The position numbers were made by a program, and so were the translations under genes. Below the pieces are notes generated by a model. That model did no database searches. It was not told the DNA's origin and was given only the letters and a program-made list of their open reading frames with translations. Shown in pieces: positions 13,075 to 25,931 of a stretch of DNA of 64,000 nucleotides. Each line of letters opens with the position of its first letter. Position 1 is the first letter of the stretch. This stretch comes from Laetmonice hystrix (Eukaryota): assembly GCA_965235115.1 (NCBI GenBank), contig OZ249436.1, forward strand, positions 23,562,001-23,626,000. The letters run 5' to 3'.

Positions 13075-13638
13075 TATCGGATGGGCCTAAAAATTTCGTA
13101 ACACTCTTTTCTTGACTGTAACTTCTATCATTTTTACCGCAATATCATAATATTTGGAACATGACATCATCTGGTTATTTGGGTTCGGTTTAAATGTCAG
13201 ATAAATTGGTCAAAACGTCTACAAATATGGCCATTTTTAAAAATCTGTGTCAAAAATTGCAATGCCGGACTGGGTCATTAGCGTGCAGCCGCACGTCTTT
13301 TATAAGCGGGAACCTGCTCTAAAATCTGAGTCCCGTTGCGTTGAATGACCCAGTTTTCTTGGTGTGTGTCCCAAATAAGGGTTGTTGGCACTGTGTCTCA
13401 ATGACGTGACGTCAAATTTATAAAATGCCCCCTGCCAAAAACTGGTGGCCAGTCCCGACTTAACCCCCCCTGGCTTACACCATTTGGGATTTCCTGTCTG
13501 AAAAAAAGTCTATAAATGTCGCAAACAAAAATTCACCAAGAACGGACTGAAGGAGAAAATTCGGGAAAGGTGGGGGGGAATTACTCTATAAAGAAGTCAG
13601 GAAGTCAGCAGGGATATTCAAATACAGACTAAGGGCTA
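13075..13638 (+). mobile_element. Truncated inverted copy of the 4987-6031 mariner-like element
   Basis: Same TIR; SPDLNP-type transposase relic on + strand at ~13440-13640. Confidence 0.85.
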
Positions 13639-13999
13639 TGTTCATGTTGTTAGGATTGGATTATATATTGTGTAAAACCAAGGAAATTGGATTTATATAT
13701 TGTATATAATCACTGGAATTGGACTTATATGGTATAATTATATAGAAGTGTATTCAGTCCTATATGTCCAGCTGAAAATATAATGCTGCCTGTGACCCTT
13801 TATCAGTACAGCACTGATAGCAGCAGGCGCAGTAGTTTGCCTAAAGATAAACAAAAGATAAGCATTAGGTTAGTGTTTGACTCATATCCAACCAGTTCTA
13901 TCTAGTTCTAACCAGTTCTATCTAGTTCAAACCACTCCCAGTTATGTAAGAATTAACCTGTGACTAATATAGTATAGTATACACCCATACTGGCCATAG

Positions 14000-14903
14000 T
14001 TAGGCCTGTCCGACTGGGTGGGGTGTTTCAATATCAGCGTAGGACTGTCCGACCGGGCGACGGACCATGTCCGACCCAGTCGGACAGGCTATGGGTGTTT
14101 CAATAAACGTTTGATTGGCGTCCGACCCGGGCGGACTGTCCGACTTTCTAGGACTACTCGGGAGTTGTCCTAGGCGGCGGTCGGACCAAAAAACATGGCG
14201 GACCAACTACTGTTTGATTCTCGACATGTCAACTTTGGCTGCCAATTTGCGAAATTCCGCCGCCCTTACTAATGTTTAAAGTGCACTCCTCCTGTCGTGA
14301 ATGTTTTCATATTTGTATTCCTACCCTTATTAGATGTATCTGATAATTATAGCATTCACAGACATCGATTGTTTACAAGTGAACCGATATTCTGCAAGCA
14401 TGTGGCTGTGCCAGATTGACCCACTTAGATTGTGACGTAATCTTCTCAAACCTCAATATATGACCCGGAAGGAAAATATTGACCTTGGATCAGGACGACG
14501 TTAGCAACGTATCTTTAGCCGAAAAGTGACACGTTTTAAATCGAATAAATATATAAAATCTGCACCTTACAGGCTAATAACGGAAGATCACACAATAAAA
14601 ATCAGTGAGAACTATTGCCGAGTGAGAAGATGTCTCAAAACATCTTTTGTACGTCACAAACTGCCAGAATATATAAGTAGATCAAGGCTTGGGGAATGCA
14701 CGTTTGTTCGACGTGGTATTGTGATGTCGCTCTTTGTCTATTGTTATGTCGGCATGGCAGCGTCGGACAGTCCGACTCCGTCGGACCATCGTCGGACATG
14801 TTTATTGCAACACCTGACGGGCACTGTCCGTCGTATGTCCGACTTTTCAAGAGACGGATGGTCCGACCGGGTCGGACAAGTCAAGTTTATTGAAACACCC
14901 CCC
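14000..14903. mobile_element. TIR MITE (PIF/Harbinger-like) rich in GTCCGAC/GTCGGAC motifs
   Basis: GGGTGTTTCAATA at 14021 and ~14093, inverse TATTGAAACACCCCC at ~14888-14903. Confidence 0.6.
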
Positions 14904-15150
14904 TGGATTCTATCACCTTACTCCTTGACGACTTTTTTGGCTCAAAGTTGTCCATAATAATGACAACTCCAAGATTGTCATATTGACAGCTTTAGTCCAA
15001 CAATAACGACGCCTACGCCCTGATCACCCTTTGACCACCCTGTAGAGTCGTCAATTGTTTATGAGAAGTCGTCAGTAAAGGCAAGACGACCCTATGACAA
15101 CCTTTTTTCATCAGTGTGACAATGCTATGACAACTATAGAGGAGTCTATG

Positions 15151-16337
15151 CAGGCCCGTAGGCTGGTCTGAAAATGGGTGGGTTACTTATCAGGGGCGGA
15201 CCCAGGATTTTCAAAACGGGGGGGGGGGGGTGCTATGGATAAAGGGCACTTTCTCACCCTCTCCCCCAGTGAGTATAGCCTAAACAGTCAAATAAAAGTG
15301 GCATAGGCCTATAGACCTATGCACATATCAACAGGGCCGTAGTTAGTAATGTCTGAGTGTGGGGGCAGTCAGGGGCGAATCCAGGAATTTGGTAAAGGTG
15401 ATGTCCCCCATGGGTGCGAGCGCCGAAGGCGCGAAGCCATGAAGGGAGGGGGTCTGGGGGTTCTCCCCCAGAAAAAAATTAAATTACAGTGCCAAATACG
15501 CGATATAGACCAGCCTTTAGGGCTATAATAGGCCTACACAATTGGACATTTAGATTTTAAATATCTTTCGTAAAATAAAAAAGGGCACTTGAGGGGGAGA
15601 GAAAAGGGCACATGGGGCGAGAGGGGGGTGCACTGCTTAGGCCTATAGAGAAATGAGTTCCATAAATTTGCATGGGATGGATCCAGAGCTATTTCTTGAC
15701 CATGCACTGATATTGAAACTTGTTTCCAATAGGCCTATACCAGTGGTTCCATCGTTTAAGAATGTGAAATGCACTAGCAAAGCCACGAACTGTAGGGAGC
15801 ACCATTGGCACGAAGCGTTTGTACTATAGGTAGTACGGGGGCATGCTCCCCCCGGCAGGAATTTTTTTAAAACTAGGAGTGAAATGATGCATTCTGGGGG
15901 CATTTTGGCTATGTTTCAGAAATCTGAGAGCAAAATTTTACTGAGCCACAGTATATACAAGGAATCTCTTTAGATTTTTAGATTGGGAAGTAACCCCCCC
16001 CCCCCCCTCGGATGGTTCTCGCCTCTTCTGAGATACCAGTGGCAGTGCAGTTCTGCCCCTGGTCAGGTCATATTGAATATGGGCGCGCTAGGGGGGTCTG
16101 AATCTGGGGTCCGGGACCTGTTCCCCCTGAAAAAAAATGAAAAACTGGAGGCCTAACAACCATACATCTGTGGTTTTTCAATTGGTGGGGCATATTTGTG
16201 CCCCCTCCTCCAAGTGAAAAATCGGCCCCGCGCCCCTGCATGGGCAGACCTTTTTACCTTGACTAGGCGGACCTGGGCTGCCTCTGCGGGTAGGTTACGA
16301 GTAACCCAATAACCCCCCCCCCCAGCCTACGGGCCTG
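15151..16337. mobile_element. hAT-like non-autonomous element with 5-bp TSD and nested related ends
   Basis: CTATG|CAGGCCCGTAGGCTGG ... CCAGCCTACGGGCCTG|CTATG; internal CAGGGGCG-type termini at 15191 and 15370. Confidence 0.75.
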
Positions 16338-16640
16338 CTATGACGACTCTTTATTTTCAGTGTATATAGCATTACCTGGTAGTGCAGTCTCAGATAGCAG
16401 TCTCACATAAAATCTCACGTACTAACCCACGCAGTCTCACATAAAATCTCACGTACTCTCACGTAAAGTTAGTGCAATCTCACCTACCCTCTCTCTCACG
16501 TAAATTAAATGAAATGACGCCATACTACCGACGCTACACCGCCGTGCAAAAATATCACCCACGTGACAAAAAACCGTAGACCATTGCGTAGATCATTACG
16601 GCAACGACTACATGTCGTTCTATTTCTTTCTATTTCACAG

Positions 16641-16748
16641 GCAGACCGGGTGGGACGGGGGCCATCGGCATGCCCGGTTTCCCCGGAGCTCAAGGAAATA
16701 CTGGAGTGTCCGGCTTCCCTGGCAGGAACGGTCAACCTGGAGCCCCTG
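16641..16748 (+). CDS. Collagen exon, 108 bp (GRPGGTGAI...GQPGAP)
   Basis: Polypyrimidine tract, cacag|GC ... CCT G|gtaaa; 12 triplets. Confidence 0.95.
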
Positions 16749-16809
16749 GTAAACATGCCTTTTTTTACCTCCATCAAGTTTATGTGTGCCCTTGTGTAGG
16801 CACAGGCCT

Positions 16810-17200
16810 AGATTCTCGAGGTCGGACATCCGGGTACCTGATGTAACTCTGCCTTAGCACCACCTAGGTCACACTCCTTAGTTACATGACCCACATTTTG
16901 ACCTGGGAGGAAAGAAAAACTAGATCACCAACTATAGCCCCGTTTGGCGCTCCAAGTCCAAGCCTGAAACAAATACAACGACATTGTCTCTAAAGTCTCA
17001 GGCTAAGACTATGCATAATTATTGCCATATTATATTTCTAGCTATGTAAAATAATAAAGAGAAATAACAACATAAATCAGTTTAGTGTCCCAAACACCAC
17101 TGCGGCCAATGGTGAGTCAATGAGGGGTTTGTTTTTCCCCTTTGCGGTGCTTGTAAGGTGAAATTACGTCAGCTACCCTGATGTCTGACCTCGAGAATCT
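16810..17200. mobile_element. MITE with ~38 bp imperfect TIRs
   Basis: AGATTCTCGAGGTCGGACATC ... GATGTCTGACCTCGAGAATCT. Confidence 0.75.
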
Positions 17201-17372
17201 TTATTTCATGCTACTTGGTTAGATTTAGCAACCTGAATTAGATCTCTAGGCTTAGAAAAAGACATAAAAGGGGGAATCAAGTGGATTACAATCTGGCAAC
17301 TATAATAGAAAATTAACGGTAAAAATATAAGCTCAATGTGCCTCTTGATCCAGTGGTTCAATCTGTTTGTAG

Positions 17373-17516
17373 GGCTAGGCGGCTCGCCCGGGGCCACCGG
17401 TCCTCCGGGCCAGCCTGGGTTCAACGGAGGTCCGGGACGTACAGGAGCAACTGGTCAGGACGGCCTTCGGGGAGGTCCGGGCACACTGGGCCTCCCTGGG
17501 AGAACTGGGTCCACAG
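17373..17516 (+). CDS. Collagen exon, 144 bp (GLGGSPGAT...GRTGST)
   Basis: ttgtag|GG ... ACA G|gtagg; 16 triplets. Confidence 0.95.
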
Positions 17517-17742
17517 GTAGGCCACATGTAACCTAGCTACTGTTACCAGATGCACTGTACTTAGATCTGTGATAAACGGTTTGGTAGGGACCTTAGTCTT
17601 AGACTCATCATACAGTATCATCTGGCAGGCTTGCTCCCTTTGTGTGGGTTGTAAGATTGTTCCAGGACAGTATACAGTATCCTCTGGCAGGCGTGCTCCC
17701 TCTGTGTGGCCTAATGGCCATCTCTGAAGTAGGCACTGCGGC

Positions 17743-18281
17743 ACCACCCTTGCACTTGTCCTTATTGTTGTGCTTCGACTCCGAAAACTGCACAGGAAAA
17801 ATTCCAGGGACTTTAGGAGATAATGGGTAACATCTAGGCTAAGATAAAATTGGTTGCCGGGGTTATGAATTACATAGGTCACAAGTTCCAAGATTTGAAA
17901 TGTGGGTTATGGAAGCGCCGAAGGCGCAAAGCCTCGAGCGGGGGGCGGGGGGCGGGGGGAGGGGGCGCTGGGGTCCATCCCCCAGAAAAAAATGAAAACT
18001 AAAATATCAAAATACCACCCTTGCACTTGTCCTTATTGTTGTGCTTCGACTCCGAAAACTGCACAGGAAAAATTCCAGGGACTTTAGGAGATAATGGGTA
18101 ACATCTAGGCTAAGATAAAATTGGTTGCCGGGGTTATGAATTACATAGGTCACAAGTTCCAAGATTTGAAATGTGGGTTATGGAAGCGCCGAAGGCGCAA
18201 AGCCTCGAGCGGGGGGCGGGGGGCGGGGGGAGGGGGCGCTGGGGTCCATCCCCCAGAAAAAAATGAAAACTAAAATATCAA
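17743..18281. repeat. 271-bp tandem duplication
   Basis: Units start at 17743 and 18014; ORFs with identical starts at 17902 and 18173. Confidence 0.92.
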
Positions 18282-18949
18282 CTCAGCGTTTTCCTGCATG
18301 GAAACGTTCATGCGGTGGGGAAGGGGAGGGCAGTGGTGGATTTAAGCTGGGGAGAGCAACCCCCGTTACGAAATAATTTTTCTTTTTTCCTCCTTTTTGT
18401 TCATACAAAACACACACACACCCCGCACCTACACCCCCCCCCCCTTGGCCCCTCGCAACACCCCCGTTTTGTCCCCCGAATTGTCCCCGACCTTTTTCAT
18501 TTGGGGAGGCCGTAAGTTACACTATTTTCCGGTATCTGGACACAAAATGTTTCCGGAAATTGCTTTAAAGCATGACAGTGTGTATATGGGGGTAATTTGG
18601 GGAGGGGGAGGGGGGATCAGTGAAAGTTTAAAGAAGAGCAAAGGAAGGAGGGAAAAGATTGGATAGCTACATTTTCAGTGGGGAGAATCACCCCCACCCA
18701 TCTGGATCTGCCCTTGTGTGGGCATTTAATATTATTAGGGCACATGGGGTGAAGCCTGTTAAATCCCACCACGCACACTTTTCATTGCGAGGTTGCCACT
18801 CCCCTACCCCCCCCCCCCCCCGGTTCCGCCGCCTATGGATATATTCCTTGTCTCCGGGAGCGCGAAGATGTGTTACCTGATAAATTTGATTTAAGAGTAG
18901 GCTACTGGGTTTGGTGTCACCCATCAAGGCACTCATACATCCATAGGGT

Positions 18950-19258
18950 GTCACGTGACAAAATTTCTGCTCTGTGATTGGACCATGTGTTCCCGACGAT
19001 AAAGTCGCGTCGGGAATAGCGCGCACACTGACAACTACAATCTTAGAAGTGGTGCACACTACACGACTGTTGTTGGGCCCGATTCATTTTTGGAATCATA
19101 CAAGACTGTGCGTCGCCGACTCGAAACTCGAAACTCGTCGTAACTCGTCGTAACTCGTCTTATCTAGTCGGCGATTACATGCACACTACACGACTTTCAG
19201 TCAGCGATTGCTCAGATTGCTGATCCCCGACTGGAATCGTGTAGTGTGCACCGGGCAT
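18950..19258. mobile_element. Truncated Harbinger-like MITE
   Basis: Repeated CACACTACACGA and inverse terminus TCGTGTAGTGTGCACCGGGCA|TAA. Confidence 0.55.
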
Positions 19259-19260
19259 AA

Positions 19261-21058
19261 TGTCACACTAGAGGCGGAATGAGCCGGAATGCCGTGGGAA
19301 TGAAAGATCTTTGTACATTCATGGATATTCAAAGTGCATTCTAGAGATTCTGACTGTATTCTGAGTGCATTCCAAATATTTGGGCCCATTCTTGTGGCTG
19401 GTTCGAATGTTTTCCTCATGTTCAAAACTTTCCAGATGCATTCGAAGTGGAGAAATATCGAACGGCATTCAAAGTGTATTCTGAATGCACTCTGACTGCA
19501 TTCTAAATATTCTTATGACATTCAATAGCATTCGAAACATTCTGATCGCATTCGAGGGAGAATCAAAATGGCAAGCCACTTCAAATCCTGCCAGAATGTC
19601 CCCAATGCGCCTCGAATGAGCCGGAATGCACCTTGAATGGATCTAGATTCCTGCCGGAAACTATTCCCATATTAAAAGAATTCAGCTGGAATGCACTTCG
19701 AATGCCGTCGGAATTTTTCGTTGCCGATCGAATGTGGCTTGAATGCAGTTGGAACGTCCCAATTGGCCCTCAAATGAGTCTGGACGTAATTCCGGACCAC
19801 CGAATCGCATAAAAACGCGGCCAGCTGCTGTTGGAACGTCACTCTGCATTGAGGAGTCGCCTGGCCAACATCACGTCATGCCGCCAAGAAAGAGGAGCCA
19901 CGGTCAAGAACTCCACCACTGGCCGCCGCCATGGACGGGGCAGAGGTGCTGCAGCCAAAGAAGCCCATGAAGAGCCGGCTCCTGTTGTGGAAGATGCCCC
20001 AGCACCTTCAGAGTCTGAAGCTGAGTCCACAGCCCCTACCCCTGCTTCCCACATGGACCTAGTGGCCGAGGTCCATCAGCCAGCAGCACAGTCCTCCTGT
20101 GACAGTGATGAGCTTCCTCCCAGTGAGGCTGCCAAGTCCCAGAAGAAGCGCAAGAGGGAGCTGGTGACGGCTGACTTCACCTTCACCTCATCGTTCCGGT
20201 CAAAAAGAGGGTCACTGTCAGTGTAAGTATTTTATTTCATTATTCTCATGTTTTCATTCTGATATGAAATTGCAACCATTGTCCACATGTTTTTACATTA
20301 CTTATGATTGGTTCTTCTCCAGATGAAGGCCAAGGTTCAAGCCAAGCCAAGCTCCGGCTGCAGCAGTAGGAGCTCCCCAGTCTGAGTCTGAGTCTTCTCC
20401 TCCTGTTTCTTCTCCTGGCCTTTTCCACATCTCTTTCAAGAAGGTCTTGCTGGAGGACGGCAATCTGGAGCAAATCAACATGCTCCAGGGCGTCCATACT
20501 CTATGGTGGTTGGGCTGAGACTGATGAAAATGTTAGATTCGGCAGCATTTTATACCCTATCGGGGACCATTCCGGCGGCATTCTTGATACACTTGGGGCA
20601 TTCGTGTTACATTCTAAGTACATTCGAAGTACCTTCTAAGTATTCAAGCCGCATTCTGTTTGAATTCTTGGACTGCATTCGAGCTGAATTCGTACAGCAT
20701 TCAAGGCACCTACCAACTAGACTTCGGGCACTATTTGGGCAGCAATCGAACTGCACTCGTACGGCATTTGAGGTTTATTCTAAATATTCTGACTGCATTC
20801 TAACAGCATTCTAAATATTCCTACTGTGTTCCAACTACATTCGAGCTGCATTCTAGAGCTAATACACCCGAAATGTGCAAGAATTATTGAAGGCGGGTTC
20901 AAAGTGCATTCTAAGTATTCGAACGCCATTCTTACAAAGCTGTAAGAATTTTGGTCAATTTGAAATTCCCTCCAGAATGTGGCGCGAATTTTGAGAAGTC
21001 TTCTTTCCGGCTGGTTCTGCTTGATTCCTGCTGATTCCGAATAAGTGTGATGGGGGTA
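19261..21058. mobile_element. Internally deleted PIF/Harbinger element with two convergent ORF relics
   Basis: TGTCACACT ... AGTGTGATGGGGGTA|TTA termini; CATTC/GAATG-rich subterminal repeats. + ORF MPPR...(19878-20190) and - ORF MDALEHVDLLQ...RRRNRRRR (20497 leftwards). Confidence 0.6.
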
Positions 21059-21542
21059 TTAGATTGTCCCAAAATAAGTGAATAAGTAGGCGAATTCGTG
21101 GTTGGCTATATTTATTTAGGAAGGTGTTACGTATACTCAATATCACCCCAGGTTTGCTCAGACGGCCGGCTTACTGGCCAGTTTTCCCACCCATTGTTAA
21201 GATTTCCGGCTTCCGCTATTGTACTATTGTATTACCTCGCGCTGGGTCCTATTGTCTTTAGACCCACTAGCCGCCAGTATGTCTGGAACTCTGTGTCACC
21301 TCACTGCACGTGCTCGACTCATTAAATATGTACAACCTTACTGTAGCAGGTCCAGCTATTGGTCAGTTTCATTGGACCAATTAAATAATCACCCAAGGTT
21401 ATAAAAGTTAATGTTCCCCTAGTATTCAGCAGAGGGAACCATCGACAACTCAGCTGTGAACATATATGTCCACTTTGGACTCTGCTATACTACTAGCACA
21501 TTATTTACACTCCAAGGAGTTAGCTAAGCTATCAAGCTAGCA

Positions 21543-22282
21543 TATATCGGGTGGATACAAAAAATGCCCCGAACTTCAAACTTCAATATCTCAAAAAGTA
21601 ATGATGGTAATTCAATGATTTTTTAAAAAATATATCACTTCATGATGTTGTCTCTTCGTTGTTAATGTTACAAGTCAATAGCTTGGACCTGGGCAGACTC
21701 TATAGTTTCTCTGTGTTCATGCCACGTCTGTCTAAACAAGACTCCTCTCTGCACTGTGCACTTATATCCCTGGCCTCACACTAGAGTAGGTGGTCAATCG
21801 GCCCCCCGTTTTCACTTCATACTGCTCTCAGTCTCTTTTTCCATGAGTCAATACACTTCCTGATCTCTGATAGGGAAATATATTCACAACATTGGGAAAT
21901 AGGCAACGTTCTGAACGTGTTGCTAAACGTGATAATAATACGATTTCCCTTGAACTTCCGGTTACAGTCATATCGTCCTAATGTTGCAGTTTCTCTGTAG
22001 GGTTTGGAACATTAAACATCTGGTTTTCTCCAGAAATACTAGGAATAACACATAATTTATTACATCTAGTGGTTCACAACATTATATACATATTGTAAAA
22101 CATGCAAAAACTAATTGCGCTTTTGGACAATGATTTTTGTTTTTAGCGCCACAGGATTAATATCAAAGCTATTGAGCTGACACTTGACACAAGTGATATT
22201 AAGAGACATTTTATTGAATTATAATGCATAGTTTTTGAAATATTAAAGTTTGAAGTTCAGGGCGTTTTCTTTTTATCCACCC
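21543..22282. mobile_element. Long-TIR MITE, copy 2 (inverted relative to 9441-10299)
   Basis: Same TCGGGTGGAT TIRs; interior is the reverse complement of copy 1; right end abuts a HINE-like element. Confidence 0.85.
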
Positions 22283-22283
22283 A

Positions 22284-23480
22284 TTATCCCGTTCCTCTGA
22301 CTGAGGAACGGGATCCTGAAATTGTACGGTTTGGGTGTACACTATTATTATTATTATTATTATCCCATTCCTCCGACTGAGGAACGGGATCCTGAAATTG
22401 TACGGTTTGGGTGTACACTATTATTATTATCCCGTTCCTCCGACTGAGGAATGGGATCCTGAAATTGTACGGTTTGGGTGTACACTATTATTTTTATTAT
22501 TATCCCGTTCCTCTGACTGAGGAACGGGATCCTGAAATTGTACGGTTTGGGTGTACACTATTATTATTATTATTATAGGCGTAGTAGTAGTTAAGGTCTG
22601 GTGATCTGGTGAATATCTCCCTCAGTTTTCAAGATATCTGAATGAAACTTTCAGGCTAGATACATCATGATATGGAGACCTCAACATATGATGGAATATG
22701 TCATATGACGTCATGACGTCATGTTATGACGTATTATATTCGGCAACTTTGAGATCACGTGGTACACTTCCAGTCAGAGATAGACAAAACTTATTTATGT
22801 CATCTCACTTAGGACTTGTTCCTTTATCATTTACCACATACATTTGACCTTTGACCTTTCTGACATACAGGTCAAGCCATAGAAAACAGTCAAAATATAT
22901 CTACTCCTTCATTTTTTGCAGAATCTTCTCCAAATTTGATTTGTAGCTTCATCATAGTGGGGCTGATCGATTAATGGCAGCTTTTTTTAAAATATGACGT
23001 CATATCGCTGCCAAGGGTCGTGGATTCGAATCCTACCCGTGGCATGATATTTTTTTTTTTTTTTTAAATATTTTCTACTTAGTTCTTAATTACTGTGGTC
23101 ATGAATTTACAGAAACACTCTACAAAATACGTGTGTGAACAGATGTGTGTGAATTTCATGACAAGCCTTCAAATCCCACCTATGTCAACACTTTTTTTTG
23201 GTATTCATTTTTATATTTTTATATTTTGAAGAAATTTTTGTGTACACAGGTGTCTAAGTGGTCTGTCGGTACCCTATGCTCTTTACTGGTCAAAATGTAT
23301 CTACTCCCTCATTTTTTGGAGAATCTTCTCCAGATTTGGAATATACCTTCTCCATAGTCTTTCTCTTATAACCCTATGCTCATTATTGGTATGATTGACT
23401 TGCTTTCACGCTATACAGAACCTTTCTAGATACATCCATAGAGGAAGGGATACCTGATTGCCTGCAATCTGCATGTCTAG
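22284..23480 (+). mobile_element. HINE-like (Helitron/Helentron) element with four stacked 5' heads
   Basis: 4x ATCCCGTTCCTC-5nt-GAGGAACGGGAT hairpin heads separated by (TTA)n; 3' GAGGAAGGGAT + hairpin GATTGCCTGCAATC + CTAG. Confidence 0.75.
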
Positions 23481-23956
23481 TTAACTATTGGACTTCAACC
23501 ATTTGTATCCTACAAGGAGTGAACTTTCACATAGTGCAGACGGCACTGAACATTTAAATATCATTGTGAGACGAACATCGACTTGGCCGCCGCCATCATC
23601 TTTAGTTCTACCGGATCTCCAGATCATCCCTTTATTCTGCCAGTTTCATCATCCGTCCACCCAGAGCCCATGTGTGTGTGTGGTCTTTGGCCTGTGTGGA
23701 CAATCAATTCCTATTTGGAATCAGCAGCTGGACAATCGGAAATTAACTGCCAATATATTTCATATCTATCGTGGAGACAGTCACACCAACAAACATAAGG
23801 TAACCCACCGGGTGCATTGTGATATATATCTGTAAATAAACCACTGTATATATTACACTATCCATGTGTGACTTGTTTTCACATTTTTCTTGTTGCGTGC
23901 GGGAGTGTTGCCGGAGGAAACCCCTCATGAGCCGCCCTGCACGTGACAGGAAGAAG

Positions 23957-23974
23957 TGGGGGCTTGTCCGGGAT
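23957..23974 (+). promoter_or_regulatory. Primer binding site (tRNA-Pro-type)
   Basis: TGGGGGCTTGTCCGGGAT just after the putative LTR end and upstream of gag. Confidence 0.85.
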
Positions 23975-24698
23975 CAATCTGATCTAAATCGATCTCCAGG
24001 CGTAAATATGAGAGCTTGTACGACAACACTAAGGTTGTTATACTGGAGGTAAAGCGGTACATCGGTAAAGGTCAAAGATCGCTTGTATGGTGGTTAACTG
24101 TATATGGTTATTTGTATCTAGGACAGTGTCCAGTAATTCAAAATGGCGTTTGTTCTACCGAATTTTGTAAAGAGCTTTGAAGAAGCAGAGAGTGCTCATC
24201 GGTTATCTCTGGTAAAAGGTCTGAAAAAGAGTGCGTTACTAGAGGTGGCGCGTATGAAGGCACAGGTGTTTGAAGTGGTAGTTGAGCATTTAACTGACGA
24301 GGAATGGTTGCCAGTGTGTGAACCTAGTGAAGATGGAAGTAGTGAGGGCGCTAGTAATGATGTCACACTCAAAAGGTTGGAAATGGAAATGAAACTAAAG
24401 GAAATGTAGTTCGTGAGAGAACGTGAACGGGAGCGTGAGTTAACTAGAGCATGTGAGGAGCGTGAGGCTGAGATCTATAGCTAGAGAACGTGAACGTGAG
24501 GAGCGTGAGTTAACTAGGAAACGTGAGGAGCGTGAGGCCGAGTTAATTAGAGAACGTGAAGAGAGTGAGTTAGCTAGAGTACGAGAGCAGCGTGAGGCTG
24601 CTAGAGAGCAGAGGGAATCTGCAGAGAGAGTAAAAATGAGAGAGTTAGATTTGAAACAGAAGAAGATCGACGTATGGTCAGACTGTAATTCTAATGCA

Positions 24699-25238
24699 GG
24701 GGCCCGTTTCACTAAGAATGTTTGTCCCCAAGCGGGGACATCCCCAAAACGGGGACATCCCGGCAACATACCCCGATGACTGTTTCACTAACAAAATGTC
24801 ACAGGTCGCCGATTGCCGCTTATGCTGATGATAATTCGCCCAGCAGAGAAACTTAAAACATGCTGTTTTAACACCATTTGTAGTCCATTTTACATTCTTA
24901 CCTTTTACAATATTTTTAACTAAAATCACAAGCTCAACTTATGTTGTGTGATTATGATAAACTAACATTCTAAAACACGTTCTTTTAGACGTCCACCATG
25001 CCCGTTCACGGTGTCAGCTAGAATCACTGTCTATTTTGACGTCAGACAATGGTTTGTTTGGACGTCACGTAGCGCTCTCTGTAACACAAACGTTGTGTTC
25101 GTGGCACTAGGCACAGAAAGCAAGATCTCTACTTTACGGTTAGACACATTTTAGCTTTTATTTATTTAAAGATATACCTATAATTAACGTTATTTTATTG
25201 GCGATTTGGCGGGGACTGCTCAGAAGCAGTCCCCGCTT
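24699..25238. mobile_element. One-ended Harbinger-like insertion in gag
   Basis: GGGGCCCGTTTCACTAA terminus; gag frame resumes at VEGYFDAF. Confidence 0.5.
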
Positions 25239-25931
25239 CGTTGAGGGTTATTTTGACGCATTTGAAAAGATGGCCACACAAATGGATTGGCCCAGAGATA
25301 AATGGTCGGTTATTTTGCAGAGTGTTTTGAAGGGTAAGGCCCAGGCCGTGTATGCTGCTATGCTGTTAGAGGACAGCACCAACTATGAGTCAGTGAAGGC
25401 TAAGATTCTCGATGCCTATGAGAAGCTCCCTGAGGCTTACCGCCAACAGTTTAGGGGGCACGTAAAATCAGACACTCAGACTTTTAGTGAGTTTGCTAGT
25501 GAGGAAGTGCAGTTTTCTGATCGTTGGGTTCGGTATTGTCGTTGTAATAAGGAGTATTATATGAGCGGCTCAGAGAGGTGTTTTTAGTTGAGGAGTTTGT
25601 CAGGAAGTTGGCGCCTGTGTTGCATACATAGGCCCTATATCTGAAAAAAGGTCGGGGCACTCAAGGAAGCAGCTATGCTTGCCGATGAGTATGCTCTGGT
25701 GCACAGGTCTCGTTTTCAGCCCAAGCCCTGGTCTAACGCCCCTCGTCCACAGAGTTCGAGGTCAGAGGTCAATAAGGTCAGAGGCCCAACCTAAGTCCCA
25801 GACCAGTTAGGAGAGCTTTCTCAGGCCTACCTACTCGCTCACCTAGTCACCCCTACTAGGTTTCCCCAGTCTCGTCCTACATGCGCCCAAGGTCAACGCC
25901 CGGCCAGGTTCAGAGTGAATGCTGGCGTTTA

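Noticed and set aside
22284..22570. CRISPR-like array of palindromic repeats
   Set aside because: Spacers are not unique; these are tandem element heads separated by (TTA)n in a eukaryotic intron, with no cas genes
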